Below are positions 37,201 through 45,082 of a stretch of 45,082 bases of DNA, piece by piece (within the stretch, counting starts at the first letter, position 1; the number at the start of each line of letters is the position of its first letter). A model generated the notes under the pieces. The model saw only the letters and a list, made by a program, of their open reading frames with translations, was not told where the DNA came from and searched no databases. The stretch lies in IMG/VR virus record IMGVR_UViG_3300029318_000014, positions 1-45,082 of that record, one strand, 5' to 3'. The stretch comes from a virus. Its lineage: Duplodnaviria > Caudoviricetes. The position numbers and the translations under genes were made by a program.

Positions 37201-37669
37201 TGATGATATCTTACTTGAGATGGTATCAAATTACAATAACTCACCAAGGAGTGGTGTTGTAGTCAACCTTCAAGGTAATGCTGCACCATCACAGGTTATT
37301 GTTAGTACACCTACCACTACTACAACTGTTTCAATTGATTCGTTTACAGTATCACAACCTGATCCATTAAATCCACAGCAAACATTCTTTAAACCACAAG
37401 ATTTTACTGAGGATCTTAAAACTGGTGTTAGTGGCAATCTTTCATTCAGCACCAAAATTAAGCAAGATGGTGTTGATATAACTAGTTTACTGAGTATTAA
37501 TCATGCTGCTGATACCTTCTCTTATACAGGGGTAAGTTTCCCACCTGATGGTGCAACTATTGATATTGAAGTAACAACTGTTGAACAAGGATTTGAAACG
37601 ACTTTAACAGGTGGTGTTGTAACTGCTCAACAATTAAGAAACGTAGGTTGGATCGTAAGGACTGCATAA
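34283..37669 (+). CDS. leucine-rich-repeat protein, probably virion-associated (1128 aa)
   Basis: Repeats include LTEIIVSGNLIGEMP, LTTINLSSNPL, LSSLSFYASRLDGMIP, LEQVNLSGNNFSGNI, LQYFIASNNQMTGQFP and LRSLDLSNNSM. Confidence 0.8.
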   Translation: MSIRNPVLFGLKVAFNFSDARSKIQCLTNLGLDIRDLNVIRGINESVDKLDLQNVSGLDVNLTRYLDRLKSDTGLYSGIVNELGGYQYTLQGNLEAFGPLSGGAVRFKYIPNDKGTGLTKNDLKFGDISTSRVSSWSGSSSDETDDEQAISYGASVQVRGTVKVGQKGSFTPGATEATINVLDTPEPIRFATEVATDVLEVELNGNTRYIYAMRGIPIIFTTAFKNVSMDFKFNTIPSGNPVFTLQATDGSEAEIQSTPPVSGGTSRLRYNGPSYKERFVKVYYPPNNITGITAKSLNIRELPAVKFFELTEIIVSGNLIGEMPDWRSITYAYDRDVTTNSPESNLTTINLSSNPLNQTDDEDLEFFGTNVVERLPKKLTTYYGNGTYNAHTTFKTINESCALVVTQSEYNSISVDPTTKQTYNFSQTLTSGASNVTTHIEGIYYDKQVHPITGAYYLYIKEPVITKDSSWTADNLKTDAEWRNAFAANGINNYGEYFLPLNLATRCPNLQTFQMRNASGRRIYKNTNTRGPLPSGATKNIEYQTSQEYTPTVDLETIRTYDVYDNNYTKLSDIFVNPGSYISGSSTLKTFNVSENEGLSEPADSINFSKMTAISSISITDTALPIPSGLAGNSSLSSLSCSYTRFPVRSQSNPIAYNIQHPSGGYVDANGDGNPSNATNHLFNTKWPTLESEYALTGCSSLSSLSFYASRLDGMIPKFVGNTNLKSIDFRYTSIEGGRPKDPSGNLSGRRYVMWDDTFEDAQGMTTIRIRSANLGRNIGIYDPATQTYSQAAFQGSTFNLPLLTTIEIVSTNKLLRGTFFNTSGAPNLVKLYSPSSGWGLDVPNGAPIPSFGSNPNLEQVNLSGNNFSGNIVLTGAGKLREFYVNSNIIQGVDLNNFSGLGNLQYFIASNNQMTGQFPNFSVAAPNIQYISFADNLYGTAGAVAPFTAGLFSQCTRLRSLDLSNNSMNSGTVDDILLEMVSNYNNSPRSGVVVNLQGNAAPSQVIVSTPTTTTTVSIDSFTVSQPDPLNPQQTFFKPQDFTEDLKTGVSGNLSFSTKIKQDGVDITSLLSINHAADTFSYTGVSFPPDGATIDIEVTTVEQGFETTLTGGVVTAQQLRNVGWIVRTA

Positions 37670-40060
37670 ATGGCTAATCAAGGTTTTGTACAATCATTAA
37701 ATTTATTAGAAGTACCAGATGGTGCTGAATTAATCCAGAACCTCGCTGGAGGTACAGTTGATGCTGACATGAGATTGTTTGCTGGGTTATCAAGCAAGAG
37801 ATCTCAATTATTTTGGGACAGATTTTATAATTCAGTAAATATTGCTAAGTCACCAACAACATTAACACAATCAACACAGTTTGAATGGGATACTGACTAC
37901 AGTTATACTGATGAAGATATCATATCAGTAACTCCAATTAATCTTATCAAGGAAGTTGGAGCATCATTCGTTGGATTTGATGGTGATGGAGTATTAGTCA
38001 ACAACTTGTCTGGTAGTTTTATTGCATTTGATAGGGGAGAAGGATATACTCCAGGCACATATAATTTAAACTTACAGGGTGGTAGTGGTCAAAATGCAAC
38101 TGCAGAAATTATTGTTAATAATAATGGTCTTGTAGAATCAGTAGAAATTACTAATAGTGGTACTGGATATGCTAGAGGAGATACATTTACTGCTGCTATT
38201 CCAGGCAACGGAGTAGGATTCAATGTTAGAATTATTTCTAATCCTTGGAAAGTAATTATTATTGGTAACTTTGCATGGGACGTTGCTAATCTTAATACCA
38301 AACAATTATCAATTGAGGTTAACAATACCAGTTCAGCATTAGATGGTGATTATAATATAGATATCCCAGGAACTGGTGTTAATGCATGGCACCTCCCAAC
38401 TAACAACACACTTCCAGCATTTGATATTAATAGAAAGATCTTTGCCGATACAAAGATTAGTAATAACTTAGATTTATACGATATTGATGGTGATGGAACA
38501 TTTACCAGCACTGATGCTGATTTAATCTATGCTTGGGCAGATGCAAAACGCACTGGATCAACTGGTGAATCAGCAATTACGTCATATTTAAATAGCAACT
38601 CTCTGCCTGCAGGTGCTATTAGAAACAATACAACTAGAATTTACAATTACCTTCAAGGATTATCACCATTATTGTGGGATATAGATGGGACTGGATTTAG
38701 TGTCTATGAAAGTGGTAATACTGCTGCTGAGTTAACTAGATTCTATAATTACTTCACAGGTTATATCGGTGGTGGAAACTATCCATATCCAGCAGCATCT
38801 ACATTATTATCACAGACACCAACTGCAACAACAGCAACTACAAAACATGCTATTGCTATTGAGTTCTTGGCAAATAGAGATCCTCAGTATGCCGTACCTG
38901 CAGAAGTAGAAGATGAGTATGAGAGACCATATTTTGTATTGAAATTCAATCAGAGTAATAGTAAGATAAATGCATTTGATAATTTTGTTGAGTATGGATC
39001 ACAACAAACATGTACCACCAATCAAACTGACTGGATTAATAATGTTCAGGTAGGTTCATATAATTCAACTCTCAACTACAGAATTATTGATAAGTTCAGT
39101 ACTACTGATTCTTCTCAGAACATTACATATTTTGTTGTTATTGTTACTGCTGGAACTGGTAAACCTGTTTCTCAAGCATTTGGTAGTAATCCAACACTTA
39201 CACCAATCAACTCTGCACCAGTATTTGATTCATCACGTGAGTATGGTGTGTTTGACTCGAACTCAACTGATAAGTTTTTCCTAAGAACTAATCCTAGAAG
39301 TACAAGTGAAACTGCAAAGCAAATTATTACATTCTCAGAGAAGTATACGGTAAGCGATAGTGCATCTAATTACAATGGTGAGATTGTCAATGTAACTACA
39401 TTGATTCCAGATATTATTATGGAGAGAGATGACTCTCTAACCACTGAGAACATTGAATTTTTAGAAGCACCTGTTATTGTTGATACTGGTGACAATGATT
39501 ACGTTGGAACATTCGGTGCATTTAGTTATAATATTGAAGGATACTCAACAGAACTCAACAATATTACTGACAACGTAGATGAGTCAATTTACTTAAGAAC
39601 TACAAAGTATAGAATTGACAGAAGTTTATATTATGTTAAAGAGATCACAGTCAATGGATTTATGACATCCTTTGACCCTGATGGATTCAACTCATCAGTT
39701 ACAGATTTGACTGCTGAATTATCACCAGGTATCTACATCTCATCTTCAGCATCACAGATTACTAATCCATTAGCATCTGACTTTGCTAATAAGACAAGAT
39801 CATTCTCTAGTGATTACAACCCATGGAAAGATGATGCAGTACCAAATGCACTGTCTACCACATCATTGGCAGTAAACATTAATGATTTGGTATGGACATC
39901 AGAGATTAAATTAGATGTAGGTAATAATATTGCACATCAAGGACTATCCCAAACTCTTGATGGTAACTTTAATAGCAACACAGTTTCACAGGGTCAATCA
40001 TTCAAACTCAAGATGTTAATTAATGGTGAAGAATACTTTATTATTATGCGTAAATCTTAG
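37670..40060 (+). CDS. putative structural protein with a dockerin/EF-hand-like calcium-binding repeat (796 aa)
   Basis: DIDGDGTFTSTDADLI...GAIRN...IYNYL...WDIDGTG, plus a G.GY...GGSG..ATA.I.V...G.V.SV.IT..G.GY beta repeat. Confidence 0.65.
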   Translation: MANQGFVQSLNLLEVPDGAELIQNLAGGTVDADMRLFAGLSSKRSQLFWDRFYNSVNIAKSPTTLTQSTQFEWDTDYSYTDEDIISVTPINLIKEVGASFVGFDGDGVLVNNLSGSFIAFDRGEGYTPGTYNLNLQGGSGQNATAEIIVNNNGLVESVEITNSGTGYARGDTFTAAIPGNGVGFNVRIISNPWKVIIIGNFAWDVANLNTKQLSIEVNNTSSALDGDYNIDIPGTGVNAWHLPTNNTLPAFDINRKIFADTKISNNLDLYDIDGDGTFTSTDADLIYAWADAKRTGSTGESAITSYLNSNSLPAGAIRNNTTRIYNYLQGLSPLLWDIDGTGFSVYESGNTAAELTRFYNYFTGYIGGGNYPYPAASTLLSQTPTATTATTKHAIAIEFLANRDPQYAVPAEVEDEYERPYFVLKFNQSNSKINAFDNFVEYGSQQTCTTNQTDWINNVQVGSYNSTLNYRIIDKFSTTDSSQNITYFVVIVTAGTGKPVSQAFGSNPTLTPINSAPVFDSSREYGVFDSNSTDKFFLRTNPRSTSETAKQIITFSEKYTVSDSASNYNGEIVNVTTLIPDIIMERDDSLTTENIEFLEAPVIVDTGDNDYVGTFGAFSYNIEGYSTELNNITDNVDESIYLRTTKYRIDRSLYYVKEITVNGFMTSFDPDGFNSSVTDLTAELSPGIYISSSASQITNPLASDFANKTRSFSSDYNPWKDDAVPNALSTTSLAVNINDLVWTSEIKLDVGNNIAHQGLSQTLDGNFNSNTVSQGQSFKLKMLINGEEYFIIMRKS

Positions 40061-43000
40061 AAAGGTTTACTAGTACCAAACAGTAGATCATATTTAATAC
40101 CACCAAATACAACCTCTACCTTCTCATTGACTGGTAATTGAGCGTTAGTGATGTTGCTTGGGATACCAAAGATTTTACTTTCAGGATGAGTTGCAGACAA
40201 ACTTCTAACATTGATCAATCCAGCAACGTGGAAGTCAGGGTTTAGAATAGTGGTAGACAATCCAATCTCAGAACTATCAAATGGTGGTGAGGTATCAAGT
40301 GGTGGGCAGCAGAGTTCCTTACTCTCCAGAACTGTATTAGCAAATGTATATACAGATAATTTGTTAGTGGAGTTCAGAATGAATGGTGACAATGCACCAT
40401 TAGCACCACTAGAGGAGTTGTCTGCATTTTCATGTAAGATTCTAAGACCTTTCCAAATGTCTTGGTCAATCTCACGATCTACAGGTAAGATTTCATAGAA
40501 ACTATTTCTGTAGTGCATGTAGCGTTTTCTGCTAGGATTCTCACTCCATGTGTTAGGACTCTCAGCAGGAGAGATGATAATATTATCAGCAGGGAACAGA
40601 TTAATTGACTTTTGTGGTGTATTAATGGTCTGTACTTGACCATTGTTGTCAGTGTATGTTCTAGTGCCTTGATCTACCAGTGTTGTTGTAAGTGTTCCAC
40701 CAGAACTACTCGCTTGTGCTGGAGTTACACCAGGATATGAATAAAGAGGTTCCCAGTTACTAGCAGCATCAAACTCTGGATACCATAAGAATTTACTGGT
40801 GGTTGAGAATGATTTAATATATGAACCAGCAGGCAGAACATATTCAACAGCAGTGCCAGCATTATTATTTCTTACAAATGATCTATGTGATGTAGAATAG
40901 AACATTTCAATATCAGTACTGGCGGTTCCTGCTGCATTACCAGTAAGATTAACACCATTATATGATGATGCACTGAGTGTAATGTCAGAGGTAATCTTCA
41001 CCATTCTGTCAGGATATGCTGAGTTACCAGGGTTAGAACTATTATATCCAGCATCATTTAACCAAGCATTGTAGAATGTAGAAAGTTGATTGAGGTTAGA
41101 AATTTCACCATTTCCATTTGGACCACTGACAGAACCAATTTTATTTGCTTGTGGTAGAGTGAAGTCCTGGTGCCTAGAGAGATATACATTTCTCAAATCA
41201 AACAATGATGATTCATACTCTTGTAAATTGATAAATTTACATCTCTTTGTAGTACCATCTACTAAGAAGTCATCCTCAAGATCATCCCAAGATGAAATGC
41301 TATCATTAAGACGTACAACCATATAGTATTTGATATTCAAACTAGTGCTAGTTGTATCACCCCAGACATTACCAGATACTCTGACAAATCCCTCCATACT
41401 ACCAATAGTAACCATTGGTGTAGTATAACCATTAGCAAAATTTACAAATCCATCTTCAATTAATTTTAATTTCAACTTAGTACCATTGAGATTGGCAAAG
41501 ACCTGGTTACCACCATACTTTTTACAACCAATAAATGTATTTTGTATATGGTTAACAACACTTCCAGCACCAGTACCACCTTGTAAATCTGCCATTCCCC
41601 AAGCATCACGATTACCAGCAGCACCATCACACCAGTATGCTACTGAATCTTGATAGGTATTTGCAAATTCATTAGTTGTGATACTTGTTCTATCCTTACT
41701 ACCAGTGCGATCAAGTAGTTTTCTATATGGATCTTCAGGGTCACCAGTATTTCCTCTGTAACCATTCTGACCTCCACCTTGTGTGGTAGATGTCTCATTC
41801 CAACGGATATCAATGCCTGCTACATTTGCATTACCAGACATATCAACATCAATTAAGATATATTTGGTCTTTACTTTATCTGTGGTTGCATCATAGTTAT
41901 TCTGAGCACATGCTGAACCAGTACAGAATTGCTCAAGAGGTTTAGTAATATCAATACCTCTATCTCTATAGATTGCACACAGACCACCATCAGTGCCACC
42001 ACCTGCTGGATATGGCATTTGATCATCAAATTCAATAGCAAGTTCATTATCAGCAATCTTCTCAAATCTAGTTGCTCTACAATATGTGGTTTGTGTTGCA
42101 TTCTTGAATACAATAACGTGTCCAAGATCAATTTCATCAATCTTATCTTCAGGTACAGTCAGAACTGTATATGATGTTGTTTGATTAACTTGATCTGTAA
42201 GTGGTAAGGTTTCACCAGTTGGTGACAATAGAGTATGATTGGCAGTAGTAACAAATCCTCTGTGGTCAAATACAGTGACATTGTATGAGGTATTTGAACC
42301 AACGTTTGCCTCTTTACTAAGAACAATAGAATTACTATCTGCTAATACATCAATAACTCTTGTTCCAAGTGGGATTGTAGAAGTACCTACGTGTCCATCA
42401 GTGCTATCTTGTACAAGATAATTACCAACCTCAACATCAGTTGAGTTGTTAATGTTAAACAGTCGAGAATCTGCGTCTATGTTTCCAGATCTGCTTAATG
42501 TAACAGCACCCCAACTCTCTTGTGGTGTGTAAATTGACTTAATAGGTAAGAGAGAATACAGGATATTGTATTGGTCACCAGCAGAGATCAATTGCTTCTT
42601 ACCAAATGCTCTCTGATCTACACCATCTTCTCTACTTGTACCACCAGAAAGAACTGAGTTGTCTAAGAATGTTTTAAAGTCACCAATTTGATAGAACTCA
42701 TAGTCCTTTTCATATAGTTGCTTATATGTTAAACGACCATAACCACCAGATGTTTCTGTTCTTTGTCTAATAATCCATGCTTTATTATTACTGTTAGTAT
42801 CTACATCATCATCCTTCATAAAGAATGTCCAGTCAAAGACATAATCAACATAGCGATCAAGATATTGACTGATTCTGATATATCTCTGTCGTGTAGTTAA
42901 CTCACCCATGCGTGCTACATGGAGAAGATTATTATATGTGTTACCACTAAACAAAGTATGATTCAAACTGCCAGTGGTATATGTTGTGTCAATCTTCTTA

Positions 43001-44640
43001 TTATCTAATTCATCTTGTGCCTGAATACTATACTCTGAAGTAGTGCCATCATACCTGAAATAGTATTGTTGATCATTATTATAACCGTCGTCAAAGTTAG
43101 TATAATCAGGATCAATTTCTACAGTAATAGTATTGACACCATTGGATGATGTGCAATTTGTTACATTGTATCTTCTTACACCTTGCTCAGCTTCATACTC
43201 CTCATCAGTTGTATTAGCGGGATTAACATCAGTATTTGCAATTCTATAATCATAGATGAAATCATTAATCATGATGTTCTGATATACTTCATCACTAACT
43301 GTAAACTGTGTAGCATTTACAATTGCATTATCACCAATAAGTTCGATATCAGTTCTATGTCTATATGAATTAAGATATGTCTTCATATCTTTTCTATCAT
43401 ATGGAGTATATCTTACTACTGCCTTCAATCCTTCAATATTGGCATTAGGGTTTTTAGAAAATGTACCAGTGTTTAAGGTCAGTGTATATCCACCATTAGG
43501 ATCAGGTAGAGTTGATGCGTTGAGATTTAATTTATTAAATTCTTCAGTTACTTCAATATAGAATCTTGGAATCTTTTTTACATCTTCATAATCAAATAAA
43601 TGTAGAACTCTATATCTCTGTGCAGGAACTTGACCCTCTTGTACATCTAAGAATATCAAATCACCATGCTTGATATCCATAGCATCTTCAAGATGCACCT
43701 CAACCAATTGTCTGGTAGGGTCATTATAAATGTTTAGAATTTCATCAACTTGATTTAGTTTGTATTGTGTCGTCTGCTCACTGAGGGTGTTATTACCATC
43801 CAGAAAACTAAACACAAAATCATCTGGAGCACCATATCTCACTGACTGGAATGACTGAGATGATGGATCCTGAAACTTAAAGATTGTGCTACCAGTAGTA
43901 TTAATTAAGAATGTGGTAATGCCTGCTACTGTTGGTTTATAGAATCCCTGCCAATTAGTACCACCAAAGAGAGATAGGAATGATGATTGTAACTTATCAC
44001 TGTATACAAAGTTTCCTTGCTCCCAGAAGTTATCACTCAGTGTGGTAATATTGCCATCACTATCAATCTCATCATCAAAGAATAGATCTGTAACTGGTCC
44101 TACAGATAACCACTGATTCTCAGATCCACCTGGAACATCTGCTTCACCGACTCGGATTCTACGCCATAGTTGATTATTATATGATACAATATCACCAATT
44201 TTGTAACTACCAAGAGTGTCTAAGTTTGAACTATATGCTGGTGCATCTCTTACAATATTCTTATCGTCATAGTATTTGACATTAGGACCATCACCACCTA
44301 AGAAGAATGGTTCTCCTGTGGAAAAGTATGCTGCATCTAATCTATTCTTGATCTTGATGAGTGGTCTGTATACTTTAGGGTTAGAACTGTTATCAATGAT
44401 ACCATTGTCAACAATAGTAAATGCTACAGTTACACCATCCAAACTAGCAAAGGTGCTCGCAGTAATATTTGTAATGTAAATGCCCTGAATGGGTTCTAAG
44501 TCAGTAGTAGTGAAAGAACTCTCACTACCAAGCATCGTTGGGTTTGATAAAATATTATTAAGTGCTGCTGTTGCCGAGGGCAAATCAGACAGGTTCAAGT
44601 CCCTTCTTAATCCAAATTGATTAAACTGCTTCTGAGCCAT
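40057..44640 (-). CDS. large putative structural or adhesion protein with CBM5/12-like and PA14-like elements (1527 aa)
   Basis: N-terminus FGLRRDLNLSDL....AALNNIL; YKIGDIVSYNNQLW....PG...QW resembles a chitin-binding module and NWQGFYKPTVAG..TF a PA14 strand. Late promoters lie upstream. Confidence 0.65.
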   Translation of the reverse strand: MAQKQFNQFGLRRDLNLSDLPSATAALNNILSNPTMLGSESSFTTTDLEPIQGIYITNITASTFASLDGVTVAFTIVDNGIIDNSSNPKVYRPLIKIKNRLDAAYFSTGEPFFLGGDGPNVKYYDDKNIVRDAPAYSSNLDTLGSYKIGDIVSYNNQLWRRIRVGEADVPGGSENQWLSVGPVTDLFFDDEIDSDGNITTLSDNFWEQGNFVYSDKLQSSFLSLFGGTNWQGFYKPTVAGITTFLINTTGSTIFKFQDPSSQSFQSVRYGAPDDFVFSFLDGNNTLSEQTTQYKLNQVDEILNIYNDPTRQLVEVHLEDAMDIKHGDLIFLDVQEGQVPAQRYRVLHLFDYEDVKKIPRFYIEVTEEFNKLNLNASTLPDPNGGYTLTLNTGTFSKNPNANIEGLKAVVRYTPYDRKDMKTYLNSYRHRTDIELIGDNAIVNATQFTVSDEVYQNIMINDFIYDYRIANTDVNPANTTDEEYEAEQGVRRYNVTNCTSSNGVNTITVEIDPDYTNFDDGYNNDQQYYFRYDGTTSEYSIQAQDELDNKKIDTTYTTGSLNHTLFSGNTYNNLLHVARMGELTTRQRYIRISQYLDRYVDYVFDWTFFMKDDDVDTNSNNKAWIIRQRTETSGGYGRLTYKQLYEKDYEFYQIGDFKTFLDNSVLSGGTSREDGVDQRAFGKKQLISAGDQYNILYSLLPIKSIYTPQESWGAVTLSRSGNIDADSRLFNINNSTDVEVGNYLVQDSTDGHVGTSTIPLGTRVIDVLADSNSIVLSKEANVGSNTSYNVTVFDHRGFVTTANHTLLSPTGETLPLTDQVNQTTSYTVLTVPEDKIDEIDLGHVIVFKNATQTTYCRATRFEKIADNELAIEFDDQMPYPAGGGTDGGLCAIYRDRGIDITKPLEQFCTGSACAQNNYDATTDKVKTKYILIDVDMSGNANVAGIDIRWNETSTTQGGGQNGYRGNTGDPEDPYRKLLDRTGSKDRTSITTNEFANTYQDSVAYWCDGAAGNRDAWGMADLQGGTGAGSVVNHIQNTFIGCKKYGGNQVFANLNGTKLKLKLIEDGFVNFANGYTTPMVTIGSMEGFVRVSGNVWGDTTSTSLNIKYYMVVRLNDSISSWDDLEDDFLVDGTTKRCKFINLQEYESSLFDLRNVYLSRHQDFTLPQANKIGSVSGPNGNGEISNLNQLSTFYNAWLNDAGYNSSNPGNSAYPDRMVKITSDITLSASSYNGVNLTGNAAGTASTDIEMFYSTSHRSFVRNNNAGTAVEYVLPAGSYIKSFSTTSKFLWYPEFDAASNWEPLYSYPGVTPAQASSSGGTLTTTLVDQGTRTYTDNNGQVQTINTPQKSINLFPADNIIISPAESPNTWSENPSRKRYMHYRNSFYEILPVDREIDQDIWKGLRILHENADNSSSGANGALSPFILNSTNKLSVYTFANTVLESKELCCPPLDTSPPFDSSEIGLSTTILNPDFHVAGLINVRSLSATHPESKIFGIPSNITNAQLPVNEKVEVVFGGIKYDLLFGTSKPF

Positions 44641-44652
44641 GAGATATACGGG

Positions 44653-44681
44653 TTGCCTTTTACTGCTATTTATGGTATAGT
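44653..44681 (+). promoter_or_regulatory. sigma70-like early promoter
   Basis: TTGCCT (44653-44658), a 17 nt spacer ending in TGG, and TATAGT (44676-44681), upstream of ATG 44705. Confidence 0.6.
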
Positions 44682-44705
44682 GGTTTAGTCAATCTCATAT
44701 TTATA
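44667..44705 (-). promoter_or_regulatory. two late promoters (ATAAATA and TATAAATA) for the 1527 aa gene
   Basis: Plus-strand TATTTAT at 44667-44673 and TATTTATA at 44698-44705. Confidence 0.6.
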
Positions 44706-44956
44706 TGGACTTTCAAAAGTATCTCGACAATCTCACCAACCAATTGAAGGCAGTCAATGCTGACATCGTAGAGAAACAGGAGGAACTGGACAAACTCAAG
44801 GAGTTTCGGTCTCGTATCAAGGGAGGACTAGAAGTGGTCAACCAGATCGAGTCAGACAACAAACCAGAGGAACGTCCACCATTGCAATTGCAGCAGGAGA
44901 TCCGTAATGAGATCCAAGAACTGCAACGCCATGGTGGTGACATGGACGCATTGTGA
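44705..44956 (+). CDS. small coiled-coil hypothetical protein (83 aa)
   Basis: Heptad-rich ORF downstream of the sigma70-like promoter, with more C-ending codons than the late genes. Confidence 0.7.
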   Translation: MDFQKYLDNLTNQLKAVNADIVEKQEELDKLKEFRSRIKGGLEVVNQIESDNKPEERPPLQLQQEIRNEIQELQRHGGDMDAL

Positions 44957-45010
44957 CAGTGTACAAACCGCCACACTACAGGTCGCCAAGGACCAGGTGT
45001 TCGCTACAAT
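44952..45010 (+). promoter_or_regulatory. cyanomyophage early-promoter element: imperfect palindrome plus TACAAT -10 box
   Basis: TGTGACAGT-N6-ACCGCCACA (44952-44975), weak -35 TCGCCA (44983-44988) and TACAAT (45005-45010). Confidence 0.6.
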
Positions 45011-45036
45011 ATGAACATACACAAGGGAACACCACC

Positions 45037-45082
45037 ATGATCAACACCACACTGACCGCCGAGAAGATTGAGGACTACACAG
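45037..45082 (+). CDS. 5' end of an early hypothetical gene (partial, MINTTLTAEKIEDYT...)
   Basis: AAGGGA ribosome-binding site at 45023-45028 and ATG at 45037; the frame stays open to the window end. Confidence 0.55.
   Translation, partial: MINTTLTAEKIEDYT

Noticed and set aside
16793-44479. Many 60-190 aa antisense or alternate-frame ORFs within the large genes
   Set aside because: They are shadows of biased codon usage, with no recognisable motifs or expression signals.
1-45082. CRISPR array, diversity-generating retroelement, intein, homing endonuclease or integrase
   Set aside because: I saw no repeat-spacer array, reverse transcriptase, template/variable repeat pair, intein splice motifs or HNH/GIY-YIG/LAGLIDADG ORF. 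A self dot plot would be needed to exclude diverged long repeats.

Overview
This 45 kb window comes from a T4-like marine cyanomyophage (Kyanoviridae-type, host probably Synechococcus or Prochlorococcus) and covers mostly late virion genes. From left to right it holds three small hypothetical genes, a leftward gp4-gp2-gp48-gp53 block, and a rightward block of gp54-like, gp26, gp51, two tape-measure-like proteins with putative cell-wall-cutting C-termini, a gp27-like hub, cp12 and a gp5 split into two genes. A ~2 kb sigma70-driven island follows, with tRNA-Leu(UAA), a 2OG-Fe(II) oxygenase, tRNA-Thr(UGU), a structured intergenic RNA and tRNA-Asn(GUU). About 28 kb of very large fibre/surface proteins come next (beta-helix proteins, a YQPG paralogue pair, an LRR protein, a dockerin-like protein and a CBM/PA14-like protein), and the window ends at the start of an early region. 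The strongest leads are a likely programmed -1 frameshift (T TTT TTC) fusing gp26 to a gp51 that lacks its own start codon just upstream of the tape-measure genes, a multi-stem and possibly switchable RNA between two tRNAs, near-consensus sigma70 promoters hidden inside coding regions (one upstream of cp12), and an LRR/dockerin/CBM protein trio with shared terminal motifs. All protein family calls come from recognising motifs by eye; no searches were run.
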